DNA from: Octopus sinensis
Lineage: Eukaryota
Direction of reading: 5' to 3'
Length of the DNA: 64,000 nucleotides
Assembly (NCBI RefSeq): GCF_006345805.1
Contig: NC_043021.1
Span: 16,492,001 to 16,556,000 of the forward strand
In this document: one piece after another, positions 37,061-50,328 of the stretch
Layout of the letters: each line of letters begins with the position of its first letter
How positions within the stretch are numbered: the stretch's first letter is position 1
Translations under genes and position numbers: made by a program
Notes under the pieces: generated by a model
Seen by the model: the letters and a program-made list of their open reading frames with translations, nothing else
What the model was told of the DNA's origin: nothing
The model's database searches: none

Positions 37061-37972
37061 TTTTGTCATTATTAAGTGGGTGTTTGAAACAAAAAGTAAC
37101 TTGAAATTTTTTATTGGAAGATTTTAATTTAAATTACTTTTAAAACAGGAAATTTGTATCACAGACTTATGGGCAATCTCAGGCAGATTGGTGTCAAAAG
37201 AGTTAATCCTTTTGTTACTATATTCCTCTTGAAATACAGGACCTTTTGTTTCAATTTGAGAAATAATAATTTAGCAAAACAGCTAGGGTTTGGAACAAAA
37301 ATTAGTATGGAATTTTGATTGAAGGTTTTAATTTAGATTAGTTTAAAACAGTAAGTTTGTATCATGGAACAAATAAAGTCTCTGGTGGGTTGGTACCAAA
37401 AGGGTTAGTACTATTGACACCATATTCCTGTTGAAATACATGTGTAGGGCACTGTTCATGGGCTGTAAACAAGAACTTCACTGTGGGCTACATAGTGAAC
37501 TACTCTGCAGAAAAGGGAGTTCCAGTTTGGCAGGAGAGGTGTCTGGGGATTTAGATGGCCAATCATATTCGCGAAAAAAACAAGACACCTACACACTCTT
37601 GTTCAGGATTATTTCTATATATAGCTTCACCAAAGCTATATATGGCTTTTTGTCTCAGTTTGAAACTAGGGAAGAATTTAGCAAAATTGCTAGTGTTTGG
37701 AAGAGAAATTAACATGACATTTTGATGGACGGTTTTAATTTAAGTAATTTTAAAATAGTGAGTTTGTGTCAAAGAACCAAGGGTGGTTTCAGCTGAGTCA
37801 GTTTGTCAACAATTAAAAACCATTGCCAGATATAGGGCATCCTACATGTTTTTATGTGCATAAAGTTGAGATAAGAAATGTATTCGTTTCCAATTCCAAA
37901 TTGACTGGAATTTAATATACATTATGTTTACAATAAGTTTCAGTCAAGTCACATACACACACACAAACAAAC

Positions 37973-38005
<33 letters not shown>

Positions 38006-38461
38006 CATATATGTATATACGGATGCATTTATATCAGCTAAACAAGTTAGATAAAATGTTTACTTGTGCTATTTAAAATAGGCCAGCTTTTTTGGCAATC
38101 TTATGAGAAATCTATGATGTTTAGCCCTAGGCAAACTCTGATCATCAATGAATTTCATCCATGACCAACACATTTTGTTTTCAAATAATGTATCCAGAGC
38201 AACGTTATTCAATGTGACTTTGCTGTTTTTAAGGTGGTATGGTTTGGTTTGAAGGAGAAATTTGGTTGATATTTCTAACAGAGCCAGTGACCACGTAGTT
38301 AGTTCAGTCATTCTGACTAAAGAATGAATGACAGGTCTATTGATTAACCAGCTCATAGCTCAAAATGATATTTGAAATGTAGGGAAATGAGAATTATGTG
38401 GACGAACGAATGACTAAGAATGCTTGAATGGACAAGCAAACCAATTTACATTTAAAATATA

Positions 38462-38628
38462 CAGGAGTGGCTGTGTGGTAAGTAGCTTGCTTACCAACCA
38501 CATGGTTCCGGGTTCAGTCCCACTGCGTGGCATCTTGGGCAAGTGTCTTCTGCTATAGCCTCGGGCCGACCTAAGCCTTGTGAGTGGATTTGGTAGACGG
38601 AAACTGAAAGAAACCTGTCGTATATATG

Positions 38629-38661
<33 letters not shown>

Positions 38662-38865
38662 TTGTGTGTCTGTGTTTGTCCCCGCCACCATCGCTTGACA
38701 ACCGATGCTGGTGTGTTTACGTCTCTGTCACTTTGCGGTTTGGCAAAAAGAGACCGATAGAATAAGTGCTGGGCTTACAAAGAATAAGTCCCGGGGTCGA
38801 TTTGCTCGACTAAAGGCGGTGCTCCAGCATGGCCGCAGTCAAATGACTGAAACAAGTAAAAAGAA
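38462..38865 (+). mobile_element. SINE S1 (young-looking, CpGs intact)
   Basis: Colinear with 52156-52560. Confidence 0.85.
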
Positions 38866-39179
38866 GAAAAAGAAAAAGAATACACAATACACACACACAC
38901 AGAGTTTAGTGATTAGGATATTCAGCTCAGAATTGTAAGTTCATGGGTTCAATTCCCAGTGGTGCAATGTATTCTTGACCAAGATACTTTACTTCCTGTT
39001 GCACCTGTTCACTCAGCTGGCAAAAATTAGTTGTACCTGTATTTCAAAGGGGCCAGCCTTGCCACAATCTGTGCCATGCTGAATCCCCCTGAGAACTATG
39101 TTAAGGGGATGCATGTCTGTGGAGTGCTCAGCCACATTCATTTCATGGAAATTGTTGTAACCAATGGAGTGCCAACCAA

Positions 39180-39396
39180 CCGATCGTGGCTGTTGCCAGT
39201 CTCCTCTGGCCCTTGTGCTGGTGGCACGTAAAAAGCACCCACTACACTCACCGAGTGGTTGGTGTTAGGAAGGGCATCCAGCTGTAGAAACACTGCCAGA
39301 TCAGACTGGTGCCTGGTGCAGCCTCCTGGCTTCCCAGACCCTGGTCGAACCGTCCAACCCATGCTAGCATGGAAAACGGACATTAAGCGATGATGA

Positions 39397-39441
<45 letters not shown>

Positions 39442-39800
39442 TGTTCATACATCATCATCATCATCATCGTTTAAGGTCTGCTTTCCATGCTAGCATGGGT
39501 TGGATGATTTGACTAAGGACTGGCGAACCAGATGGCTGCACCAGGTTTCAATTTTGATCTGGCAGAGTTTCTACAGCTGGATACCCTTCCTAATGCCAAC
39601 CACTCTGAGAGTGTAGTGGGTGCTTTTATGTGTCACCGGCATGGGGACCAGTCAGGCGGTACTGGCAACGACCTCGCTTGAATGTTTTTACACGTGCCAG
39701 TAAGGCGACGCTGGTAACAATCACGCTCGAACGGTGCCTTTTACGTGCCACCGGCACGGAAGCCAGTTAGCCACTCTGGCAATGATCATGCTCGGATGGT
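39180..39800. mobile_element. Two S2 repeats in inverted, tail-to-tail orientation
   Basis: 39180-39395 and 39455-39800 are reverse-complement copies separated by a TA/CA microsatellite. Confidence 0.7.
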
Positions 39801-40132
39801 GCTCTTATATATACATATATACGACGGGCTTCTTTCAGTTTCCGTCAACCAAATCCACTCACAAGGCTTTGGTCGGCCCGAGGCTATAGTAGAAGACACT
39901 TGCCCAAGGTGTCACGCAGTGGGACTGAACCCAGAACCATGTGGTTCGTAAGCAAGCTACTTACCACACATCCACTCCTATGCATCTCTACGTTTTGAAT
40001 TCAAATTCTGTTGAGGTTGACTTTGCCCTTCATCTTTTTTGGGGTTGATAAAATAAAGTACCAGTTATGCACTTGGGTCAATGTAATCGACTAGTCCCCT
40101 CCCCTCAGATCTCCAGGCCTTGTGCCTATAGT

Positions 40133-40520
40133 AGGAAGGAGTGGCTGTGTGGAAAGTAGCTTGCTTCCCAGCCACGTGGTTCCAGGTTCAGTCTCACTGT
40201 GTGACACCTTGGGCAAGTGTCTATAGCCTAGGGCTGACCAAAGCTTTGTGAGTGGATTGAGTAGACGGAAACTGAAAGAAGCCCATCGTATATGTGTGTG
40301 GGTGAGTGTGAGTGTCTTTGAATCTTTCTTCACCCCCACCCCCACCAACCGGTGTTGGTGTGTTTACGTCCTCGTAACTTAGCGGTTCGGCAATAGACAC
40401 TGATAGAATAAGTACCAAGCTTTAAAAAAAAAGGGGGTCGACTCGTTAAACTAAGAATCCAAGGCGGTACCCCAGTACGGCTGCAGTCTAATGCCTGAAA
40501 CATGTAAAATGTAAAAGAGA
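40133..40520 (+). mobile_element. SINE S1, diverged, upstream of XXYLT1
   Basis: GGAGTGGCTGTGTGG head and CTGAAACATGTAAAA tail; a partial minus-strand S1 lies at 39810-39980. Confidence 0.7.
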
Positions 40521-40524
40521 AGCA

Positions 40525-40709
40525 TATACACGCGCGCGCGCACCACACACACATACATGCATACACTCACACATACAAGCACAAACACACACACACTCAC
40601 ACAAATGCGCGCGCGTACCTCTGGTTACATTCACACAAAGAGCCATTGAGGTCATCAATTACGTGTGTGAGGACCATGAAGGGCCGCTTGTGTCGTTCAG
40701 TAATCAATT
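40525..40709 (+). promoter_or_regulatory. Probable XXYLT1 promoter/5' UTR region
   Basis: CpG-rich (CGCGCGCGCG runs at about 40531 and 40606) immediately upstream of the ATG; no TSS data. Confidence 0.4.
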
Positions 40710-41231
40710 ATGGCGGAAAGGCGCCGGGCAGCACCTGTCTCGGACAACGAAGTATCACCGGAGAGTCTTCGCACCTACAAATCCAAAAGACATGCTAATA
40801 ATACCAAAGAGAAAAGCTTCTTCGATACCCACTTGAAGAGGAAATTCTTACTAGGGGTCCTCATCGTTTCTCTGTTGTTGTTTTTCTGCTTCGCTTTGTG
40901 GAATACCTTTTTTTCAGACTTTGATCAGGACTCGGACGGCGTAAAACGTTCGTCCGGTTCCCATTCGCAACCCCTAAATTACAGGACCGGTTCCGGTAAT
41001 TTAAAAGGGTTTCGGGATATTAAAGACCAGATCAACATCGTACTCACTTTCACAAATATCGAAAAAAACCCGCGCTTGAGAGAAAAGTTGAAGATCTGCG
41101 TGGATTCAATTTTGAAACACACTTCAAGTAAACTGGTTATTTTCCTCATCGGGGATCGTTTCAGCCAAATTGTGGCAGGAGAAATCATCGATGGTGCTGC
41201 TCTTGCTGCCAATTCCAGGATCAGGTATCAA
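40710..41231 (+). CDS. XXYLT1: Xyloside xylosyltransferase 1, exon 1 (174 aa; type II membrane anchor)
   Basis: ATG at 40710; basic N-terminus, TM segment FLLGVLIVSLLLFFCFALW, stem, then INIVLTFTN..SILKH..LVIFLIGD; GTAAGT donor at 41232, phase 0. Confidence 0.92.
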
Positions 41232-43554
41232 GTAAGTAAAACAGGTTTCCTTTCCTTTCCTTTTTAAGGGGAGATAGTTACAAACATAAAGCTTCATGTA
41301 ATGGTATGACTACACTTTAGGGCTCCACGCCGTCGACTTCAATTCTTTATTATTCTTTTGAGAATGCATGTTTTAAAACCAAATTTTACGCAGATGCACT
41401 TTCGAATGTGTATATTACACTTATTTCGATATAATTTTAAGATGATTTATCTTTCAGAAGTTTCGAATTATTCTTTACTCCCAAATGACTTTGTTCCGGA
41501 TAATTTCTGTCACTTGTGCATTAAAATTTTTGTTTTCAAATGTATATATTTGAAATATTAACATTACATTATATGCACTTTCGAAAAAATATTTTTCCAA
41601 AATATCATCTAAAAATATGCAAATCAAGTTATTCCCTCCTCTTTCGCCTGTGTTTTGAGGAAATTCAGTCGAGGACAGAATTGTAGGATTTCGTGTGATA
41701 TTTGCACTTGATCCGAATTTCCTCTCTTTTTGTTTTAATGTTATCATAAAAAAAATAATAATATTCTACACTGTCGATAAGATATCTGCAGAATTTTGTT
41801 AAAAAATATTTTCCCTCTGAAAGTTATGGGAAGCGAGTTATTGGGATACCAAACTATAGTTATGTACACAATTTTACAACCTTTAATGCAGAGTGGTTGG
41901 ATGTGATAATATCTTTAGAGTCTACCCCCAAAATCCGTGGGAAAGGAGGAAAAAAATTTTCTATTCCCCGATAGTGTTTCGAACCTAGAATTATTCCAAT
42001 AAAGAATAAAAGAGATCGGATTAAAATTTTGGAGAATGGAATGTGAGTTAATAAACAAGTGGCAATTACCGGAGCACCTAGGCACCCTGGAAAGCAGATA
42101 AATTAACAAAACAAGGAACACAATAAGAATTTAATAGAAGGCGATTATGTTCCAAATCTTTCACAAATCAAAGAATTCTTCAAAAAGCATAATTAATCAA
42201 GGATGGGGAAATATTGGGAAGAATCAATAGATAAACAATCGAATTTTAATCCCCCAATTATCTCAGCGTGATGTCAATGTAATAAAATGTATCGGACACT
42301 GAGAAAAATATTAATAAACACAAATTTCGTAAGCTTTGAACAGGGCCGTGTTTCTTAAAGCCATCCACAAACAGGTCGCAATGGAATCAGTCGCTTTTTA
42401 TGTTCCCGTGGGAAATATTCAGAAAAATGTTTGGCATTTATTGGTTCTAGTGTAAAATTTACCAGTCTGAGAAACAGAGGGGATATTTTTAAAATTCCCT
42501 TAAAAAGCCCACCAAAGCTAGAAGTACGATTCCTTTTCGAGGATCCACCAACCAATTAATATAGGCCTCAATTAAGATTTAACAATAGAAACATATAACT
42601 GTTGTTTAGTTCGGTAAAAGAGACCCATCGAACCATTACCAAACTTGAAATATATAAATATATACTGAGGGCAGTTTGTTCGACTAAACCATATTAAGGT
42701 ACTGCCCCAGCATGACCGTAGTCCAATGATTGAAACAAACGGTAAAAGAACTGTTCTACCTTTAATCTTATTATTATATTTTTTAGTTCTTTTATATAAG
42801 GGTTCTAATATATCTTCCACGGTTTATCATGCACTACCCACACAAATGTTTCCCCTGCACGAATTTGTTTCCTCATAACTTTCAGAAAAATGCTAATTTT
42901 TTTTAAAAAATGAAATATTCTGTTAATACGCTTCAGATGGTGTAGATTCCTATCAGATTCGGAATTAATGTAAGGGGGGAAAAAAAATTCCGTAAGTGGG
43001 GGGAGAGAAGTTTCGGAATTCGGAAAATTCACGTAAGTCGACTTCGTTTCCTCATAGTTTTCGAAAAAATTATATTTTTAATGAAATTCTCTACAAATAT
43101 TTTTTAGATTGTGTAGAGTGAATTTTATCGGAACTTAATGTGAAAAAACTTTTAAAAAATTGTTGGGACATACTGACAAACAATAGATACATATCTACAA
43201 AACGAAACTTGAAAATTTGAAGAAGAAAAAAAGAAAGATTATGTTGTGTGCGCATCATTAATTTTTAATTTTTTTTTTTCTCGCTTTAAATTCCGATATA
43301 ATTGTAATCTTCACCATCTGAAAGTTATTTGTAGAAAATTTCATTAAAAAATATCAATTTTTCTGAAAGTTATGAGGAAACAAAATCGGTGGGGTGGGCC
43401 ACACTTGTGTAAGTATACCATCAGCTTTAGCAGCGGATCTTTAAATAAATAAAACTGTTTGCTTAGCTTATGCAAGGTGGTCGAAATGTCACGAAATGTG
43501 TTAATAGTTCATTTATGTTACGTTTTAAATTTACAACACCTTACCATCATATAC

Positions 43555-43677
43555 AGTAGATAGACTGATAGATAGATAGATAGATAGATAGATAGGTAGG
43601 TAGATAGATAGATAGATAGATATATAGATAGATAGATATATAGATAGATAGACATATATATATATAGATAGATAGAC

Positions 43678-43714
<37 letters not shown>

Positions 43715-43785
43715 TAGATAGATAGATAGATAGACAGATATATATATAGATAGATAGACATATATATATATAGATAGATAGATAT

Positions 43786-43846
<61 letters not shown>

Positions 43847-43917
43847 CAGATATATAGATAGATAGATAGACAGATATATAGATAGATAGATAGACAGATA
43901 TATAGATAGATAGATAG

Positions 43918-43964
<47 letters not shown>

Positions 43965-44015
43965 CAGATATATATATATATAGATAGATAGATAGATAGA
44001 TAGGCTGATAGATAG
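43555..44015. repeat. (GATA)n microsatellite in the XXYLT1 intron
   Basis: Long GATA/GACA/TA array. Confidence 0.95.
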
Positions 44016-44797
44016 ATAAAAAGGAAATATATGTACGTTAGTTGTGAAAAATCACATCTTGTAATTTACGAAATAAAAATAATAATAATGATAATACATA
44101 TTTATTTAAATTTCAAATCCCTTCGTGACTTGTATACCTTGTATACTAGAACTGAGTATGTCCTGTACTATAGCGATGTTTCAAGGTATAAGACCCATGT
44201 CACATGGGGAAGAAAAGGGTTACGGAAGAAAGGGAAAAGCAAAATGCTAAAAGAAAAAAAATTTTTTAATAATAATAATAATAATCAAAATTTTTGGAAA
44301 AAATATTTCTTTTTTCCCCGCTAAAATCGTAATTTCTGTTGTATGAAAGTCAGCAATGCTACTTGTAAAACCAAATAGGATAGAATTAAAAACTACCCTT
44401 TTCTTTTCCCATGTGGTATGGGACATATTAATCCGAAACTCCGGTTAAAGAACCTACGATGTTCCTAGTCCAAGTAGTGTGGAGCACCTTGTTGAAGGAT
44501 GCAATGTGCAACTAAGAGGAGATTATAATACTCGAGAGAAGGGGAGGGAGTACAGGTATAGCAGTACGTAAAGGGAGATAACTAAACATTCAATATACCA
44601 GACTAACAGGTCAACGACGAAGCACGTATGTGGTCTCACGATCTGCTAGTAATAGCAGCCAAATCTCTTCAACTCATACCCTACCTAAAAAGAAATATTT
44701 ATTATTATCAGTTAAATCAATTCCTCTGTTTCTTTTAAATGTTAATCTTCTGATTTTTTTGTTCAATTTTTATTTTTTATTTTTTCATATTTTGCAG

Positions 44798-45472
44798 TTG
44801 ATATCTGTAGATATTGAAAGTCTCACTCGGACGCTTAATGGAATTTTGGGAAACATACGATCTCATTTCATTTCTAAGCCTGGGGATTATTACAGCGATG
44901 ATCTTTTTTTCGTCTCAATGGCCATGCATCGAGTGATGCCCACTCTGCTACACAAGGTAATTATGATGGACATTGACACCAAACTACAGGCGGATGTGGC
45001 CCAACTCTTTGGACACTTTGACCACTTCGCCAAAGACCATGTCATTGGGATTGCGCACGAACTCCAACCGGTCTATCGGCACATTCTTCACCATTATCGG
45101 AACGAAAACCCAGCCACCCATGTCGGTGGCCCACCACCCGATGGCTTCCCAGGGTTCAACAGCGGGGTCATGTTGATTGACCTGGATCGTTTACGAGAAT
45201 CCACGCTCTACAACTCGCTCCTTCAACCGGAGATCATTAAGAATTTGACAGAAAAATACAAGTTCAAAGGACATCTTGGTGACCAGGATTTTTACACGCT
45301 GGTTGCGTTAGAGCATCCACAGCTGTTCTATGTGCTTCCTTGCACCTGGAATCGGCAGCTTTGTCAGTGGTGGCGAGACAAAGGCTACGAAAACATTTTC
45401 GATAACTATTATCATTGTGAGGGCCACATCAATCTTTATCATGGCAACTGTGATACAGTAATTCCAGAGTAA
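44798..45472 (+). CDS. XXYLT1: Xyloside xylosyltransferase 1, exon 2 (GT8 catalytic domain, 224 aa + stop)
   Basis: Polypyrimidine TTTGCAG acceptor ending at 44797, in frame; DID (DxD) motif, ELQPVYRH, GFNSGVML, FKGHLGDQDF, CTWNRQLC.WW, YHGNC.T.IPE match recalled human XXYLT1. Total 398 aa. Confidence 0.96.
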   Translation: MISVDIESLTRTLNGILGNIRSHFISKPGDYYSDDLFFVSMAMHRVMPTLLHKVIMMDIDTKLQADVAQLFGHFDHFAKDHVIGIAHELQPVYRHILHHYRNENPATHVGGPPPDGFPGFNSGVMLIDLDRLRESTLYNSLLQPEIIKNLTEKYKFKGHLGDQDFYTLVALEHPQLFYVLPCTWNRQLCQWWRDKGYENIFDNYYHCEGHINLYHGNCDTVIPE

Positions 45473-45888
45473 GACCAGAGGCGGGTGGGTAAGGATCTAA
45501 ATTATGTACTTAAAAGAGAGCACATTCCAAAGTGAAGTATTCCTGATATTGGCTTCTTATATAAGCGCAAGACCTGAAATTTATTGGCGAGGGAGTTTAG
45601 CTAATTATATCACCCTTGTATGTGACTGAGCCCCTAAAATGTGGCTTTGTCCCTGTTGGAAATCTCTGTTGTGTTTATACATACATAATACATACACACA
45701 TGGAATTAGAACTCCAAACATGTATATATATATATATATATAAGTGGATAAATGAATTATCTTATTACGGATAATTCGAAAGATAACCGATACCTGGGTA
45801 GCAAAACTCACAACAGAAAGAACACGGTTTAAGTTACGACCATAGGGCATATACTCCGTGCCTTAGTGCGGAAATTTGAAGTTTAATT

Positions 45889-46036
45889 TAATATTATAAG
45901 TATAGGAAAGAATGGAGCTGAGCGAAGATTTAACAAAATTCCTTTATTTTATTTTCGACATATGTTTCGAAAATAAAATAAAGGAATTTTGTTAAATCTT
46001 CGCTCAGCTCCATTCTTTCCTATACTTATAATATTA
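45889..46036. repeat. Perfect 70-bp-arm palindrome
   Basis: 45889-45958 is the exact reverse complement of 45967-46036; 8-nt spacer CATATGTT. Confidence 0.9.
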
Positions 46037-46160
46037 TATATATTATTAATCTGCAGGAGTCACAGAGTGGCAAAAGGCTGAGAATTCCACGTATTAGTAC
46101 TTATCAAACTCTTGGCCTTCGGATCACTCTGCAACATCTGCCAAACAAATAGAAACACAC

Positions 46161-46201
<41 letters not shown>

Positions 46202-46456
46202 TGGAGTGGTTGATGTTAGGAAGGGCATCCAGCCATAAAATCCCTGCCAAAACAGACACAGTAGCCTAGGGTAGTTTTTCTACCTGGCCCCCGCTCCTGT
46301 CAAACGTCCCGCTCATGCATGCATGGAAGATGGACATTAAACAATGATGATGATGATATATATATATATATATATATATACCGGAGTAAACACATAAATG
46401 TGAAACAAGGTGGAAAAAAGAGTACTCAAATACCAGTGGTAGAGTAATATTCTAGC

Positions 46457-46504
46457 AAAAACTGTCTGATGAACGGCAACGAGAAACTCAGAGTAACAGA
46501 TTTT
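46457..46504 (+). ncRNA. Putative type I hammerhead ribozyme within a (TA)n-flanked element (46381-46532)
   Basis: AAAA-ACTGT-CTGATGA(46466-72)-ACG-GCAA-CGA-GAAA(46483-86)-CTCAGAG-TA(46494-95)-ACAG-A-TTTT: canonical core, GNRA-capped helix II, GUA site and helix I pairing. Confidence 0.7.
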
Positions 46505-46531
46505 GTTGAATTTTCTGCTGCTTAAAATAAA

Positions 46532-46573
<42 letters not shown>

Positions 46574-46973
46574 ATGCATGTATTCACCATACACACACAC
46601 ACATATATATTTCAAATGCAGTATAGCCATTAAAACAACAGAAAAATTGGGTATTATTACTCTTACAACTCCACCTTGTAAGAGGAATTTTTCTGCAGTT
46701 TTAACAGCAAAACTGCATTCGAAATATCACTTTCTTGTCTGTATCGTATGATACACATTTGACACTTCTAATATACAAATGTAAGCTTGCTTATATACTC
46801 ACAAGGCTAATATATATATATATATACATACACGTTAGGAAGGGCATCCAGCTATAGAAACTCTGCCAGATCAAGATTGGAGCCTGGTGCAGCCATCTGG
46901 CTCGCCAGCCCTCAGTCAAAATCGTCCAACCCATGCTAGCATGGAAAGCGGACGTTAAACGATGATGATGATG

Positions 46974-47012
<39 letters not shown>

Positions 47013-50000
47013 TGTATGTATACACTCCCATTTTATTGTTATAAAATGACTCAGGAAGGATAATAGGTAGGGTTGACTTTGGCACGATTTGAACTCAGAA
47101 CACAAAGGGCCATAAGCTAATACTGCAATACATTAAAGCGTTTTGTCCAATGTTCTCCTCACTCTGTCAGTCTATTTACCCTGAAGTTTTACCTGATGTC
47201 ACTGCGACACTCAGGTGGCATCTGAAACAGGGTTCACTTCATATGCTGACAATAGTAAATACCAGTAATATCCGAAGTTGGATTGGCAGAACTATTAAAG
47301 CATTGAACAACATGCCTAGCAAAAATTTAAATGTGGGTCTTTATATTCTGAGTTCAAATTCCTCCTGGGTCAGCATTGCTATTTTATCCTTTGGAAGTTT
47401 GATAAAATAAAACCTCAACCAAATACTTGGGTTCATATGATTGACCAGACTCCGACACCAAGATTTGTGACCCTGCGCTTATGTTAAAAACAATATACTA
47501 AAGTCAAAGGTCATGTATACAGGCTATATTTTTCTTACTCTCGCAAAATTTGGATTTTATGCTAGACAAAAGAGTTCTACCTCTTTGCTTACACTTTATA
47601 TATTATTATTAATATTATTAATTATTATTATTATTATATTAATCATAAAGCTAATTTAATCGTGGCAATCACCTCAACAGCAGTTTATGCAAGAGCCTGG
47701 CTGCCAAAATATTCAAATAGTAGTGTAAAATCTACACCTTTCAATCATCCAAAGAGTGATTGGTTATCCCTCAGATAATTATCATAGGAGCATTCCACAA
47801 ACCCCAAGACATGTATGCTAATTAGATAATGTTATAATCGTTGCTGAGTAAATGGCAGTGATTTTAATGAAGGAATGGAGATGTCATGTTGATGTTACAT
47901 ATGTTTCATTGAATGATCATTTATTTCATATTGCATACAAGATTTATGTAGTGTTATATAATACATCTAAGAATGTCTGTCAGAGCAAATTGGCTCTAAA
48001 TTTATTATATAACATAACTCCTGGATCATGAAATAAATGGCTATTCATTGAAATAAATAACATTAATTTGATTTCACTATTTCTTCATTAAAAATATATA
48101 ATTATTATATATACACATATATATATATATATGTGCGTATTATTTACATTATTATAATATATTATTATTATATAGTATTATTATTTATATTATATTACTA
48201 TATATTATCTTTAATATTATATTCATATATTGTTATTATATAATGGTTGTTGATTGGTAAAGTTCAGATTCTTCCAAGCCTGACTGTGCCATTTGTTCTC
48301 AATACATACATTGATAAAATAAACCACCACCAGTCAAATCCTGGGAGTTGAAAATAAATCAATTGTATCTTCCTCCAAAGTTCGTGTTGTCCCTCTGTTG
48401 GGCACCACTATTGTTATATATATATTTACTATTAGAGCACCAATATGTGAGTTATGATTAAATGTATATTTATTTATATATGATTAAATGTATATTTATT
48501 TATATATCTTAAAACATATTGCAAATCCTTACAGTTTGATATTGGAAATTATTATCCAGTCATCTCTGAATATTTACTGTGAAATTCCTTTAATTTAACC
48601 GCCTCAGAAATCAACATCATTCTACTCTCTCTCTCTTTCTCTCTCTCTCTCACACACAAAACCATAATCCACTATGGCCAAGCTATCTGGATAGGAAAAT
48701 ACTAACATTTCATTTGACAATAACATGGGGGCTGTTAAAGGTTCAGCAGGACTCAACAATATTATTGGTCTATATTTCTTAACTAAATGAAAATTTAAAC
48801 TTCCTTACACTGAAGGAGGCCTCTACAGAGATAAGAGACTTCAGTCATTTAAAAATCTTAACTCTTGACAAACTTCAGAAAAACTTACCTGTCTTTCTTT
48901 TAATAATTAAAAGTTCAAATTCTCTCGTCTTAAGTAATGAATTTCTTAACTGTAACACTGAACCTCAATAATTTCCTATAATTTATATGTTAACAATTGA
49001 GACCCTACACTACATTCACAAGAACTCTAACTATCCTAGGAATACAAACAAGTTTACAATGACACTATTACAAAATTGCTCTCATATACAGTGAGTCTCA
49101 AAAGAAAATAATGGTGTAATCTGCTGAATAATTTATCTATAACCATACCCGTCATTAAAAATTTTTTTTTCATCTATTAAATAACATTCCCCATTCCCCA
49201 CTGCATAAATATTAAGCATGAAAAAAATTTTTTATCAAAATTTAGTAAATTCTAACTAATCTTGGTTATGCTTAACTCCCACACCATTAACTGTAACTGT
49301 ACTTAAATCTGTAGAAACTAACAACTTGTTTATGTCATACATTGGTCGTACTGAGAATCCCTTCAAATTAATATACAACCTGCATCATTACTCTTGTCAC
49401 AATCAAAATATAAGCATAGATCTTAAATTATTTCTATATTAATTAATCTCAATTATTTTTTTATCTTAATTCTTATTCTTAAAACACATACCTCTTTCAT
49501 TTTCACTCTACCTCTTTATTCACTTCTTGTTATATATATATGTATGTATATATAATTTAATATACACAATTACAAAAGAGTCACTGATAGATTCATGCTT
49601 TAGGAATCAACATATTTGTATAATGTGTCATGTATCCTGAAAGATTGCTTGAAGATACGTAACATGTTATATAAATCTGCCAATTTAATGTAACTTAAAG
49701 TATGAAAATATTGGTAGCCCTTTCATAATTGTGTGTATTAAATGATATTTATCTCTCACTGGATGGAGTACCATTTTTGTTGATTCTACCTATAATGGAA
49801 CGATGATGATGATGATATATATTATATTTCTTGAATCCAAATTTAATTCATTTTGAAATGACTTTGTTAATATTATTTATTTATTATTTCTTTGGTGTTT
49901 ATTTAAGTTTTTTTCCCTTTCCAGAATCCATGCTGGTCACTAACAAAGTGACAAAGCTTTTGACAGGGTGTGTGGATATGTGAATGAATTAGTGCGTGCA

Positions 50001-50328
50001 TATATGTATGCTTGTACAGGTGTGCATGTCATTTTAGTACAGAAGTGTGTGTGTGTGCTTCATAGTGGTTAATGCTTGCGGGTCCTTTATGTGTGTATGC
50101 GTTTGTGTTCATTCCAGAAACTTCAAAAGTTGAATCCCTAGAATGTTTTACAAATTTTCACAGTTCCTCTAATCGATCATCTTTGGAGAACATAAACCAT
50201 TTTGCTTTATTCCTGCTTGGAAAACCCTAGAATTTCTTGGCCCAGGATACCTATGATAACAAGTACAAATGGATGTAATAGCTGTATGTTTTTCATTAGT
50301 TCTTCATTGATGTTTTCTTTTCCCCTAA

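Noticed and set aside
41232-41267. Exon 1 ORF tail VSKTGFLSFPF
   Set aside because: Intronic read-through past the GTAAGT donor.
44630-44797. N-terminal part of the 280-aa ORF as coding
   Set aside because: It is the intron's polypyrimidine tract read through in frame; homology starts after the CAG at 44797.
48780-48860. Possible L1/Tx1 remnant (LPYTEGGL..)
   Set aside because: Only one short motif in very degraded AT-rich DNA; not enough without a profile search.
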